Below are positions 41,349 through 51,186 of a stretch of DNA of 64,000 bases, piece by piece. The DNA comes from an uncultured Gemmatimonadaceae bacterium (GTDB lineage Bacteria > Gemmatimonadota > Gemmatimonadetes > Gemmatimonadales > Gemmatimonadaceae): assembly GCA_963790305.1 (NCBI GenBank), contig CAWBOC010000003.1:32001-96000 (forward strand), read 5' to 3'. Both the position numbers and the translations under genes were made by a program. The stretch's first letter is position 1, and each line of letters opens with the position of its first letter. A model generated the notes under the pieces. That model worked only from the letters and a program-made list of their open reading frames with translations. It had not been told where the DNA came from and did not search any database.

Positions 41349-42247
41349 CGGACGAGCCGCTCCGCCAGGACGAAGCCGAAGAAAGCGATGCTGATGATCC
41401 CGTTCATCGTGAAGAACGCCGCGTCGAGCTTCGAGAGGTCATCCGCCCTGACGAGCGAATGCTCGTAGAGGAGCAGCGCCGCCACTACCGCGACACCGAG
41501 CCAATACAGCCAGCCGGCATTGACGGCCGTGCCTACGGCGCCCAGCGCGATCACCGTGAGGGAATGGAAGACGCGTGCTACGATGAGCGCGCGTGCTTCC
41601 CCAACGGCTGCTGGAATCGAGTGCAGGCCCGTCTGGCGGTCGAAGGCAACGTCCTGGAGCGCGTATAGCACGTCGAAGCCGGCGACCCATGTCATCACGC
41701 TGGCGGCAAGCACAGGGAGCATCCACCACGGGTCGCTCCATGCTCCGGTCACCGCGAGGTAGCCGCCGACTGGGGCGATGCCAAGCCCGATGCCGAGGAC
41801 GACGTGGGCCCAGCGCGTAAAGCGTTTGGTGTAGCTGTACCCGAGCACCCAGACGAGCGCGAAGGGCGCCAACAAAAGGCAGAGGGGATTGAGCCGCCAC
41901 GCCGCGACCAAAAAGAGCGACGACGCAACAACGACGGCGATGCGTGCTTCATGAACTCCGATGATGCCGGCGGGAATCTCTCGCTTCGAGGTTCGCGGGT
42001 TCAGCGCGTCGATGCGACGGTCGACGATGCGGTTGAACGCCATCGCCGCGAACCGCGCGCTGGTGAACGCGATCGCGACCCAGAGGATCATGACCGCGGT
42101 GACATCTTTGACATAACTGGCGAGGACCACCCCCACCATCGCGAAGGGCAACGCGAAGAGGGTGTGCGGCAGCTTGACCAGGTTTGCGTAGCGAATCAAA
42201 GCCACGCGGCCCTCGAAGGTCTGACCCTCGCGCCCCACGGCGCTCAC
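41345..42247 (-). CDS. ubiA: UbiA-like polyprenyltransferase (MqnP type, futalosine menaquinone pathway)
   Basis: [49 protein letters not shown]. Confidence 0.92.
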   Translation of the reverse strand: MSAVGREGQTFEGRVALIRYANLVKLPHTLFALPFAMVGVVLASYVKDVTAVMILWVAIAFTSARFAAMAFNRIVDRRIDALNPRTSKREIPAGIIGVHEARIAVVVASSLFLVAAWRLNPLCLLLAPFALVWVLGYSYTKRFTRWAHVVLGIGLGIAPVGGYLAVTGAWSDPWWMLPVLAASVMTWVAGFDVLYALQDVAFDRQTGLHSIPAAVGEARALIVARVFHSLTVIALGAVGTAVNAGWLYWLGVAVVAALLLYEHSLVRADDLSKLDAAFFTMNGIISIAFFGFVLAERLVR

Positions 42248-43587
42248 GCCTCGGCGCCCGGCTCGCCGAACCGTGCGATCACGTCGCGCAGTGCACGCGC
42301 ATCCGCCTCCAGCGCCATCGCCGTTTCGCGCAGTCCCTCGGTCAACGCGCGCTGCTTCTCCATCGCCTCCGACGCCCGTGATGTCTCACCAGCCGATGCG
42401 TCAGCTTCTCCCAGCACGCTCGCCGACGCAGTACCGAGCTCGTCGACGAGCGACGCGTGGCGCTTCGACGCATCGACGACGGATTCGGCGAGCGAGTGCG
42501 CGCGACGAGCGTCTCCCTCGAGCCGGCGGAATACCTCCATCGCCTGCGTCATCACCCGCTTTCCCTCACCGACCGCGAGCTCCATACGCTGAATCTGCCG
42601 CAATGCATCCTCGGTGCGTGTCGTCATCTCGGCGACGAGCGCGTCGATGCGCTTCAGCGAGTCGGCGCTCTGCGTCGCCAGGACCCTGACCTCCTCGGCG
42701 ACCACTGCAAACCCCTTCCCTGCCTCACCTGCCCGCGCTGCCTCGATCGCGGCATTCAGCGCGAGCAGGTTCGTCTGCCGCACGATCTTGTGAATCACAG
42801 CCGTGATCTCACCGATCGCATCCGACATCTGCCGCATCGCCTCAATGCGTTCTGCCGACGCGTGTGCCGCTCCCGCGATCTCGGAGACGCGGTCGGACGC
42901 CGCTTCCGCGTGCTGGACGCCCTCGCCCGCCAACGTTTCCATCGACTGCGAGAGCTGCAGCGTCTCGCGGGCGGCGCCGCTCACCTCCCCTGACGCAGAC
43001 GTAATCTCCTCCGCCGCCGTCCGAATACGACGCGCGACGCCGAGGTTGGCTTGCGCGCCCTGCGCGAGTCGCACGAGCGCGCCGCCGACGTCCTGTGCGC
43101 CGCCCGCCGCTTCGCCGCCCACGCGGGTCACACGCTCCGAAGCGCGGATCAGCGTGTCCATCGTCCGCCGGGTCTCCTCGATGAGCGCCGCGACATCGCG
43201 CAACGCCGCCGTGATGTTGCCGCGATCGTTGGTCGTGCGGCTGGCGAGAATGCGGCCCCAGTCGCCGCGACGGAGTGAGACGCCGAGGCGATCGAGCTCG
43301 CGCAAGGGGCGTGTCATCGTCTTGTTGAGGCGCGTGACGAACCATACGATTGCCGCGAACGAGAGCAGCCAGGCGACCACCATCTCGCTCGGACGCAGCC
43401 CGCGAAAGGCGACGGTATAGACGATGGTCCCGATGATGAGGAGAAAGATGCCCAGCGTGGTCGCGATCTCGGCGAGGAGCTGCTGCCGGAAGCGCCACCG
43501 GACGACCAGCACGGCGGCGAGCACCACCACCAGCATGAACGCCAGGGTGAATACGAGACGCGACGTCGGATAGGGGATCTCGTTCAT
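42244..43587 (-). CDS. Methyl-accepting chemotaxis protein with three N-terminal TM helices and no periplasmic domain
   Basis: Three hydrophobic segments, HAMP-like TRPLREL...[34 protein letters not shown]. Confidence 0.9.
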   Translation of the reverse strand: MNEIPYPTSRLVFTLAFMLVVVLAAVLVVRWRFRQQLLAEIATTLGIFLLIIGTIVYTVAFRGLRPSEMVVAWLLSFAAIVWFVTRLNKTMTRPLRELDRLGVSLRRGDWGRILASRTTNDRGNITAALRDVAALIEETRRTMDTLIRASERVTRVGGEAAGGAQDVGGALVRLAQGAQANLGVARRIRTAAEEITSASGEVSGAARETLQLSQSMETLAGEGVQHAEAASDRVSEIAGAAHASAERIEAMRQMSDAIGEITAVIHKIVRQTNLLALNAAIEAARAGEAGKGFAVVAEEVRVLATQSADSLKRIDALVAEMTTRTEDALRQIQRMELAVGEGKRVMTQAMEVFRRLEGDARRAHSLAESVVDASKRHASLVDELGTASASVLGEADASAGETSRASEAMEKQRALTEGLRETAMALEADARALRDVIARFGEPGAEA

Positions 43588-45068
43588 CGGGGTCCGTCGA
43601 TACCGAGCGATGACCACATGGCGGTCACGCGGTGCCTGGTGTCGGCATCCATCTCGATGAGCGTGGGCCATTCACGCGTGAAGCCCTCTTCCGGCCATTT
43701 GCGCGTGGCGTCGATGCCCATCTTCGACCCATACGTGAAGGCGCGGCTCGAATGGTCGAGCACATCCATAGGACCCATGGTGAAGCGCGTGTCCCGCTCC
43801 GGATCGATGTTGTTGAGCGCGATCCACCAGGCTTCCTGCGGGTCGCGAACGTTCACGTGCTTGTCGACGACGATGATGAGCTTCGCGAGCGACATGAGTC
43901 CCTGGCCCCAGAGCGCATTCATCACCTTGTACGCGTGTCCCGGGTACTGCTTGTCGATGGAGACGAAGACGAGGTTGTGGAAAATCCCCTCGGCCGGCAT
44001 GTGGTAGTCGACGATCTCCGGCACCGTCAGTTTCAGAAGCGGCAGGAAGATTCGCTCGGTGGCGTGCCCGAGATAGAAGTCCTCCATCGGCGGCCGCCCG
44101 ACAATGGTCGTCGCGTAGACCGGATTCGAGCGCATCGTCAGCGCGGTCACGTGCACGCGCGGGTACAGGTCCGCGAGGGAGTAGTAGCCGGTGTGGTCAC
44201 CAAAGGGGCCCTCGGTCACCAGCGGCTCCGACGGGTCAATGTAGCCCTCGATGACGAACTCGGACTCGGCCGGCACCTCGAGGTCGCACGTCAACGCTTT
44301 CGCCAGGCGCACCGGCGCGCGCCGCAGGAACCCCGCGAACAGGAACTCGTCGACCGTCGGCGGGAGCGGCGCCGACGCGGAGTACATCAATGGCGGGTCG
44401 GCGCCGATCGCGATACAGACAGGCATCGTCTCCTTCCGCTCGGCCATGTCGCGCCAGTGCGCGGCACCCACCTTGTGGCGCTGCCAGTGCATCGCCAGGT
44501 CGCGTGCGCCTAACAGCTGGACGCGATACATCCCGACGTTTCTGATTCCCCGCTTCGGATCGCGGGAGATCACCATCGGCAAGGTAATGTAGGGTCCGCC
44601 GTCCTCTGGCCAGCACTTGATGATGGGCAGCTTGCGGAGATCGACCTCCTCGCCGCGCAGCACGATCTCCTGGCAGGGCGGTGAGCCCCCCTTCACGCGG
44701 GGGGGAAATTTCCCGAGCTCGAGGAGTCGAGGCAGCAGCGACAGCTTCGCCACGAGACCGTCCGGGACCTTGAGCTCCATCATCTGCGCGATGCGCTCGC
44801 CGATCTCATCGAGCCGCTCGACGCCCAGCGACATCGACATGCGCCGCATGGAGCCAAAGAGGTTGATGGCGACGGGATGCGGGGAGCGTGACCCATCGAA
44901 GAGCTTCACATGCTCGAAGAGCAGAGCCGGACCGCCGCCCGGCATCTTCATCACGCGATCGGCGATCTCGCACAGCTCGAGGTCCACCGATACCGGGTGC
45001 GAGATCCGCTTCAGCTCACCTGCGCGCTCGAGCTGCGTGAGAAACTGTCCGACGGTGTCGATGGTCAT
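43584..45068 (-). CDS. ubiD: UbiD family menaquinone biosynthesis decarboxylase (MqnL type)
   Basis: [40 protein letters not shown]. Confidence 0.94.
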   Translation of the reverse strand: MTIDTVGQFLTQLERAGELKRISHPVSVDLELCEIADRVMKMPGGGPALLFEHVKLFDGSRSPHPVAINLFGSMRRMSMSLGVERLDEIGERIAQMMELKVPDGLVAKLSLLPRLLELGKFPPRVKGGSPPCQEIVLRGEEVDLRKLPIIKCWPEDGGPYITLPMVISRDPKRGIRNVGMYRVQLLGARDLAMHWQRHKVGAAHWRDMAERKETMPVCIAIGADPPLMYSASAPLPPTVDEFLFAGFLRRAPVRLAKALTCDLEVPAESEFVIEGYIDPSEPLVTEGPFGDHTGYYSLADLYPRVHVTALTMRSNPVYATTIVGRPPMEDFYLGHATERIFLPLLKLTVPEIVDYHMPAEGIFHNLVFVSIDKQYPGHAYKVMNALWGQGLMSLAKLIIVVDKHVNVRDPQEAWWIALNNIDPERDTRFTMGPMDVLDHSSRAFTYGSKMGIDATRKWPEEGFTREWPTLIEMDADTRHRVTAMWSSLGIDGPR

Positions 45069-45832
45069 CCCGCCGCTCCCGCACCGCCGCGCTCTCCGGC
45101 ATGAATGGCGGCGATTCCGAAGCTCAACCGGGTGACTCGGACGTTCGCGAAGCCGGCGCGCGTCATCCGACTCGCCAGCTCCTCTTCACTCGGAAAGTTG
45201 TCGACGGAGGCGGGAAGATACCGATACGCGGTTGGATGTCGGGACACCAGGCGGCCGAGCATCGGAAGCACGCGGTGAAAGTAGAAGCGGTAAAGCGTGC
45301 GCACGACCGGCACACGCGGCATTGAGAACTCCAGGATCACGAAGGTCGCTCCATCACGGAGGACGCGGAACGCCTCGGCGATTCCCGCATCGAGATCCTC
45401 GAGATTGCGGGCACCGAAGGCGACGATCGCTCCAGATGCGGCTCCGGTGCGCAAGGGAAGCTCCACCGCATCCGCCACGACTGGCGCGACCGGGCGCGAC
45501 GCGATCTTCTGACGGCCAGCGCGCAGCATTGCTTCCGCGAAGTCCGTTCCGAGGACCATGCCGCGGAACTGTCGCTTGCGGGCGAGCTCGTTCGCGACGT
45601 CCATCGTCCCCGCGCAGAGATCGACATAGACACCGGACGGGTCGCGGTCCCACCGCAGCGCCGCGACGGCGCGGCGACGCCACCGCTTGTCGATGCTGAA
45701 GCTGAGGAGGTGGTTGAGGAGATCGTAGCGGGGCGCAATCTGGGAGAAGACACCGCGAACGTAGGCGCGCTTCTCGGCGCTCCCGGCGGCAGCGGCGAGC
45801 GCCTCGCTCCGCTCGGTCTGGACGGACGGCAT
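45065..45832 (-). CDS. ubiE: Ubiquinone/menaquinone biosynthesis methyltransferase (UbiE/MenG)
   Basis: FSQIAPRYDLLNHLLS..D..WR, DLCAGT, AFGARN, YRYLPASV. Confidence 0.94.
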   Translation of the reverse strand: MPSVQTERSEALAAAAGSAEKRAYVRGVFSQIAPRYDLLNHLLSFSIDKRWRRRAVAALRWDRDPSGVYVDLCAGTMDVANELARKRQFRGMVLGTDFAEAMLRAGRQKIASRPVAPVVADAVELPLRTGAASGAIVAFGARNLEDLDAGIAEAFRVLRDGATFVILEFSMPRVPVVRTLYRFYFHRVLPMLGRLVSRHPTAYRYLPASVDNFPSEEELASRMTRAGFANVRVTRLSFGIAAIHAGERGGAGAAG

Positions 45833-45919
45833 TGCGATGAAGTTGGTCGAGGTGGCCGAGAGCCGCAAGCGCGCGCGCTGGCTGAAGTTGGACTGTGTAA
45901 ATACCTTTGCCTGATTGAA

Positions 45920-46044
45920 AGGGATCAGGAGTCAGGAGTCAGGAGCCAGGGGGGTTCAGGGTGTTAGGTGAGAGGAACTGCTCTCGCACCCCGACACCTC
46001 GGACCTGAAACCCCCTGATCCCTGACTCCTGACTCCTGACCCCT
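45920..46044. repeat. Palindromic heptamer element (TCAGGAG/CTCCTGA units) between divergent ubiE and the ECF sigma gene
   Basis: TCAGGAG x3 and inverted CCTGACT arrays around a longer imperfect stem. Confidence 0.85.
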
Positions 46045-46046
46045 AG

Positions 46047-46649
46047 ATGTCTCAAGTTCTCGACCTCGCGAACCTCCCCGATGCGGACGTCGTCGCGCTC
46101 GCGCAAGAGGGGCGCGAGCCGGCGTATCGCGAGCTGCTGCGACGGTATGAGCGCCCGGTGTTCTCGCTGATCTTTCGCATGGTGCGCGACCGGGAGACAG
46201 CCGAGGATCTCGCGCAGGAGACCTTCATCAAGGTCCTCAACCACATTGATCGCTACCGGCCCGAGTTCAAGCTCTCGAGCTGGCTGTTCAAGATCGCCAA
46301 CAACGTCGCCATCGACCATTTGCGAAAGCGAACGGTGGAGACGATCAGCATCGACGGGTCTCCCCATGCGGCAACCAGGGCGGAGATCGAGGCCACCTCG
46401 TTCGACGTGGAGTCCCGGGGCGAATCGGCCCTCGAGGAGGTCGAATCCCGGGAGCTGGGATCGGCGATCGAGCGTGCCATCGCGCGGCTCCGGCCGGAGT
46501 ACCGGTCGTGCATTATGCTGCGTCACGTGGAAGGCCGGTCGTACGAGGAAATCGCGGCCATGCTCGATCTGCCCCTGGGGACCGTAAAGACCTACATCCA
46601 CCGGGCCAGGAAGGAGCTGAGGGACGCTTTGGAGCATCTTCGGACCTAG
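46047..46649 (+). CDS. ECF sigma-70 family factor (SigW/RpoE-like)
   Basis: AEDLAQETFIK, SWLFKIANN.AIDHLRKR, SYEEIA..LDLPLGTVKTYIHRAR. Confidence 0.96.
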   Translation: MSQVLDLANLPDADVVALAQEGREPAYRELLRRYERPVFSLIFRMVRDRETAEDLAQETFIKVLNHIDRYRPEFKLSSWLFKIANNVAIDHLRKRTVETISIDGSPHAATRAEIEATSFDVESRGESALEEVESRELGSAIERAIARLRPEYRSCIMLRHVEGRSYEEIAAMLDLPLGTVKTYIHRARKELRDALEHLRT

Positions 46650-46650
46650 G

Positions 46651-46677
46651 TGAAACCCCTTTCGTGAGGCCGACGTA
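46651..46677 (+). promoter_or_regulatory. Candidate ECF (SigW-like) promoter upstream of the anti-sigma gene
   Basis: TGAAAC-N17-CGTA directly after the sigma stop, followed by a GGAGG RBS. Confidence 0.6.
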
Positions 46678-46695
46678 GGACCGACCGGAGGCTTT

Positions 46696-47274
46696 GTGGA
46701 CCGACATCTACTACCCAGCGAAATCGATCTGCTGCTCGACGGCGAGGTGGGGTTTGGCACCTCACCGCTGAAGACGCACATCCGGAAGTGTCCAACCTGC
46801 CGTGGCGAGCTCGACGAAGCGCGCGCGACAGTTCGGGCGCTCGAGCATTTGCCGCACCTGGCACCCTCACCGCTGTTCGCGGAGCGGGTGCTTTCGCGCG
46901 TGAACATCTTCGTCCCTTGGCACGTAGCCGCGCTCGATACGCTGCGAGGCTTCGTGCCATCCTCGCGCGGCGGGCGCGTCGCCTTCGGCGTTGGCGCCGG
47001 GTCGCTCGCGGCCGCCATGAGCATTCTCGTGCTCTGGATAGCACTTCGTTTCGACGCGGTGCTGTTCGCCATCGGAATGCTGGCCGACCGGATGCGGGCG
47101 AGCCTGCTCGACGCCGCGGGCACTTTCCTCGCGGGCGCGCTGGGGGACTCCGCCTACACGCTCGTGCGCTCGAGCGGACTCCTCGGCCTGGGCGTGCTGA
47201 CACTGGCGCTCGTCGCGGCCGCTCTGCTCGCGGCGACGCTTCTTCGTACCATTGCAGTTCACCGTCGTCGCTGA
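46696..47274 (+). CDS. Membrane anti-sigma factor with zinc-binding (ZAS) motif
   Basis: LLDGE...HIRKCPTC (HxxxCxxC) followed by TM segments. Confidence 0.85.
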   Translation: MDRHLLPSEIDLLLDGEVGFGTSPLKTHIRKCPTCRGELDEARATVRALEHLPHLAPSPLFAERVLSRVNIFVPWHVAALDTLRGFVPSSRGGRVAFGVGAGSLAAAMSILVLWIALRFDAVLFAIGMLADRMRASLLDAAGTFLAGALGDSAYTLVRSSGLLGLGVLTLALVAAALLAATLLRTIAVHRRR

Positions 47275-47279
47275 GCGCC

Positions 47280-48371
47280 ATGAAAGCGCTCGTCATCGCC
47301 GCCGCGTGGCTCATCCTCGCCCCCGGCCGGCTGCTCACGCAGGTAACCGAGCTCGCGCCCGATTCGGCGCGCAGCGTTCGCGCTGCACTCGCGCGCGACC
47401 CGTTCGGTGCCCGTGTCCATGAAGACACGCGCATCTCCGTCGGTGATCGTATCGTCGCACCTGGCGAGGCGCTCTCCGGCGCCGTCGTGACCACTCGCGG
47501 CGACCTCATCGTATCCGGCAGCGTGGCGCTCGACGCGATCGCCGTCGGCGGCGACGTCATTGTCAGGCAGGGTGGCGTGGTCGGCGGTGATGCGCTCGCG
47601 GTGGACGGTCGCGTGCGACTCGAGGGAGGCACCATTCGCGGCGAGACGCGCACCATTGCGGGGCCGCTTGGACTGACGCCGGCCACCGCCGCGCCACGGT
47701 CGGCGCTGTCGAGCATGTGGCAGCAACTGCTGCTCGCGCTTGGCTGGCTCGCCACCCTCGCGGCTATCGGCGTCGTGGTCGTTCTCTTCGCGCGGTCGAA
47801 CCTCGAGGGTGTAGCGGACGCGATCGAGCGCAACTTCGGGCGCGCGTTCCTCGTCGGCATTGCAGCCGAGCTCGCGGTCCTTCCAGCGCTCCTCATGCTG
47901 ATCGTCGTGCTTCTGCTCATTCCAATCGTGGGATGGGCGCTGCTGCCCTTCGCATGTATCGGGTTTCTCATGGCGGTCGCCGGCGCGCTCGCGCTCGGGT
48001 TCCTTTCCATGGCACAGGTTACCGGCGAGGCCATCATGCGGCGCACACATCGTGGTGCGGGTGGTCTGGAGCGCGTGGTGTTCGTCGGTCTCGTCGCCTA
48101 CATGTCGTTATGGATCGTCGCGGCGCTGCTCGCGTGGAGTGGTCCTGCGGGCGGCACGATGCGCATCATTGCGCTCCTGTTGACGTGGGTCGCCGCTACG
48201 GTCGGCTTTGGCGCGACGATCATCTCCCGCGGAGGGACGGCGGAGGCTTCTCGCCCGTCGATCCCGGTGACGAGGACCGCCGAGCTCGAGTGGCAGACTC
48301 CGACTCCGGTCGTCGGCGTGGCAGCCGCCCGGCGTCCAACGCCCGCACCGCGCTCGGGGATCGACTCGTGA
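47280..48371 (+). CDS. Membrane protein with bactofilin-like (polymer-forming) Gly/Val repeats and multiple TM helices
   Basis: Signal peptide, GDLIVSGSV..D...GGDV...GGVVGGD...DGRV, then several hydrophobic helices. Confidence 0.75.
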   Translation: MKALVIAAAWLILAPGRLLTQVTELAPDSARSVRAALARDPFGARVHEDTRISVGDRIVAPGEALSGAVVTTRGDLIVSGSVALDAIAVGGDVIVRQGGVVGGDALAVDGRVRLEGGTIRGETRTIAGPLGLTPATAAPRSALSSMWQQLLLALGWLATLAAIGVVVVLFARSNLEGVADAIERNFGRAFLVGIAAELAVLPALLMLIVVLLLIPIVGWALLPFACIGFLMAVAGALALGFLSMAQVTGEAIMRRTHRGAGGLERVVFVGLVAYMSLWIVAALLAWSGPAGGTMRIIALLLTWVAATVGFGATIISRGGTAEASRPSIPVTRTAELEWQTPTPVVGVAAARRPTPAPRSGIDS

Positions 48372-49222
48372 GGCGGCTGCGCACGCTGGCGTTGGTCTCG
48401 GCGCTCCTCGGATGCGGCTACGCTGCCGATGCCGCGCAGGCGTGGCGCACGACGTCGGCCGTCCGCCCGCGTGACACGTCCGACAGCCTCCGCCTGCGTG
48501 TAAACCTCACCGGTGGCTCGCTGCGCGTTTCGCCGGCCGACGACGGCGAGCTGTACGACTACTCGATGCGGTACGACGCGGCGCATTACGATGTCGAGGG
48601 CCGCTACGACTCCGCGTCACACACGCTGTCGCTGCGCCTCGATGGCGGGCGTCGCCCATTCCGAGGGCTGTCGGGAGACGAAAAAGAGCGATCGCGCTTG
48701 TCGCTGGCCGTGGCGCGTGGGGTACCGCTCGACGTCGCCCTTCGCCTCGGCGCCGTGGAAGCGGATCTCGACCTGGGAGGCCTGGCCGTCGACGAGCTGA
48801 CCGTCGAGTCCGCGGCGAGCAACACTGCGCTTCGCTTCGCGACACCGAATCCGCGACGCATGCGATCGCTGCGGTTCGATGTTGGAGCGGCGGCGATCGA
48901 AGCGACCGGGGTGGGAAACGCGAACGTCGAGCACATCGACGTCGATTGCGGCGCCGGTGCGCTCACGCTCGATTTCTCGGGCGCCTGGGCCGCCGATGTG
49001 GATGCGCGACTTCGCGTGCGGCTGGGTGCCGTCACGCTGCGCGTCCCGCGTGATGTCGGAGTGCGCGCACGCGTCGATGTCACCCTTGGAACGTTCGACC
49101 ACGACGGCTTTCGCGAGCAGGACGGCGTGCACTACTCCGCGAACTGGGAGGGCGCGAAGCGTCGCCTCACGATCGACGCGTCGATGCTCGTCGGCACGCT
49201 GGAGATCGAGCCAATCGATTGA
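48368..49222 (+). CDS. Exported beta-solenoid protein (LiaF/DUF2154/toast-rack-like)
   Basis: Signal peptide; repeating LRLGAVEADLDL, FDVGAA, DCGAGALTLDF, RLGAVTLRVP. Confidence 0.65.
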   Translation: MRRLRTLALVSALLGCGYAADAAQAWRTTSAVRPRDTSDSLRLRVNLTGGSLRVSPADDGELYDYSMRYDAAHYDVEGRYDSASHTLSLRLDGGRRPFRGLSGDEKERSRLSLAVARGVPLDVALRLGAVEADLDLGGLAVDELTVESAASNTALRFATPNPRRMRSLRFDVGAAAIEATGVGNANVEHIDVDCGAGALTLDFSGAWAADVDARLRVRLGAVTLRVPRDVGVRARVDVTLGTFDHDGFREQDGVHYSANWEGAKRRLTIDASMLVGTLEIEPID

Positions 49223-49248
49223 CGCGCTGGCTGTCACTGGCCCATCCC

Positions 49249-49279
49249 TTGCCCTTCCGTCAGGTAGGGCAATTTTTTT
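49249..49279 (+). terminator. Probable intrinsic terminator of the ECF operon
   Basis: TTGCCCT...AGGGCAA stem followed by T7. Confidence 0.6.
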
Positions 49280-49289
49280 GGGAGGGTGC

Positions 49290-50240
49290 GTGATCATCAA
49301 GGGCCGACGCGTCGGACCGCTGCTGCAGAAGACCGGGCAGGAGATTTTGGACGACAGCATCCTCGGGCTCTCCGCGCAGACGGCATACTACTTCTTCTTC
49401 TCCCTCTTCCCGCTGTTTCTTTTCCTCGCTCCGCTCATTGGGTTCATCGGCGAGCGTGAGGAGATCATGGCGTGGCTGATCGTGAATCTCCGGCAGGCGG
49501 TGCCAGGGGAGGCGGTGGATCTCGTCGACAACGTCGTGCGTGATGTCCTCAATCCCAACTCCGCTGGTGTCCTTTCCATAGGCTTACTCGGCGCCGCATG
49601 GGCGGGCTCGAACGTCTTTTCAGCGCTCATTGACGCGCTGAACCGCGCCTATGACGTGGAGGAGGGGCGCCCGTGGTGGAAGAAAAAGCTCATCGCGCTC
49701 GCGAGCGTGCTCGTGTCGTCGGTCCTCTTCCTGGTGACGACATCGATCATGCTCGGGGGGCCCGAGATCGCGGAATGGATCGAGCGCCGGACGGTCATGG
49801 GTGAGTTCGGGCAAACGGTGTGGAATATCCTCCAGTATCCGCTCGCCTTCGCGCTGCTCGTGGGCATGCTCTGGCTCATCTACTACTTCCTGCCTAACCA
49901 GCGCCAGGACAAATCGCAGATCCTGGTCGGCGCCCTCGTGGCCGCCGTGCTCTGGGTTCTGGTCACGCTGTTGTTCCGGGCGTACGTCGCGAACTTTGGC
50001 TCGTACAACAAGACCTATGGCGCGATCGGCGGCGTCATCGTCCTGCTGACCTGGATGTACCTGACGATGCTGGCGATCCTCACCGGCGGAGAGCTCAACG
50101 CGGAGCTCCATCATGGAACGGCGTCCGTGGAGCCTCGCAAGGGCGCGGTGTACGTCGGCCGCGTGGTGACGGCGCACGATCCCGGCCGGCCATCCAACGA
50201 GAGGATTGAGCGCGTACGGCCGCAGGAAGTTCGAGGCTAG
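49290..50240 (+). CDS. YihY/BrkB family membrane protein
   Basis: AQTAYYFFFSLFP, ALNRAY, YNKTYGAIGGVIVLLTWMY...GGELNA; GGAGG RBS. Confidence 0.93.
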   Translation: MIIKGRRVGPLLQKTGQEILDDSILGLSAQTAYYFFFSLFPLFLFLAPLIGFIGEREEIMAWLIVNLRQAVPGEAVDLVDNVVRDVLNPNSAGVLSIGLLGAAWAGSNVFSALIDALNRAYDVEEGRPWWKKKLIALASVLVSSVLFLVTTSIMLGGPEIAEWIERRTVMGEFGQTVWNILQYPLAFALLVGMLWLIYYFLPNQRQDKSQILVGALVAAVLWVLVTLLFRAYVANFGSYNKTYGAIGGVIVLLTWMYLTMLAILTGGELNAELHHGTASVEPRKGAVYVGRVVTAHDPGRPSNERIERVRPQEVRG

Positions 50241-50263
50241 ACCGACAAATCTCAGATGTCAGT

Positions 50264-50395
50264 GGGAACGGCAGAGACGTCAGATGTCAGAAATACAGAA
50301 TTCAGAATTCAGACAAAGCCACGGCAGCACCATTGGCTCCCTGGTCGGTTCTGAATTCTGAATTCTGTATTCTGACATCTGACATCTCTGCCGTT
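50264..50395. repeat. Palindromic intergenic element, family B copy 2
   Basis: About 46-bp arms AACGGCAGAGA...CAGAATTCAGA / TCTGAATTCTG...TCTCTGCCGTT with a decayed core (TGGCTCCCTGGTCG). Confidence 0.85.
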
Positions 50396-50402
50396 AGTCC
50401 GA

Positions 50403-51185
50403 CTACCCACGCGCTGAGGCATGCAGCGTCACGATGGACCCGCGCATGAGCGACAGACTCTGCGCCGCGTTGCCATCGCGCACGGCGATCTCGAGTAAGC
50501 CCGACGATCCGCACAGCGCCACCGCGCCCAGGGGCTGCACGTCGGCATAAGCCCGCGCGACCGGAATCGTTCGTCCGCCGATTTCCACGAACGCCGGGTC
50601 GCCCTCGCGGCCCTGCGTTGCGGGAAACGCGACGATGTTCGTGATCGCGTTCCCGTATCGATCGATCGAGATCACTTCGCCCTGGATGGCGCCGGTGCCA
50701 AGCCGCCGTGCCTCCGGGGTGCGCCGGATCGTCGGCGACTCCGCCGGAGCACCGAGCGCGTCGATCGGCGCGCCCATCGCGATGCGCGCCGCCGCGGGAG
50801 CGAACAGGTCGCGACCATGAAACGTCGGCGAGGCCGCGGGAGGGACCGGCAGAGTCACCGCGCGTGCGCCCGCCACGAGGAGCGCCGGCGAGAGGGCGCC
50901 ATTGTCGGGGCCGATGAGGACGCGATCCTCACTTCGCACCGCGAGCGCATCCCGCGATGATCCAACCCCTGGATCGACGACCACGAGGTGAATCGTCTGC
51001 GGCGGGAATCGACGCCAGTATCGTGCGACGGCCAGACGGGCACTCTCGACATCCTGCGGAGCGATGTCGTGGGAAAGGTCGACCACTCGCGCCTCGGGAG
51101 CCAGCGAGTACAAGACACCTTTCATCTCGGCCACGTAGCCGTCGGCGGTGCCGAAATCGGTCAACAGCGTGATGAGCGGTCGCAT
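50403..51185 (-). CDS. SAM hydroxide adenosyltransferase (DUF62; SAM-dependent chlorinase/fluorinase superfamily)
   Basis: LLTDFG, VVDPGVGSSR, GPDNG, TFHGRD, IDRYGN. Confidence 0.92.
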   Translation of the reverse strand: MRPLITLLTDFGTADGYVAEMKGVLYSLAPEARVVDLSHDIAPQDVESARLAVARYWRRFPPQTIHLVVVDPGVGSSRDALAVRSEDRVLIGPDNGALSPALLVAGARAVTLPVPPAASPTFHGRDLFAPAAARIAMGAPIDALGAPAESPTIRRTPEARRLGTGAIQGEVISIDRYGNAITNIVAFPATQGREGDPAFVEIGGRTIPVARAYADVQPLGAVALCGSSGLLEIAVRDGNAAQSLSLMRGSIVTLHASARG

Positions 51186-51186
51186 C

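Noticed and set aside
50403..51185. Fluorinase or chlorinase
   Set aside because: It keeps the Asp (VVDPG), Arg and His (TFHGRD) residues typical of DUF62 SAM hydrolases, and there is no biosynthetic cluster around it.
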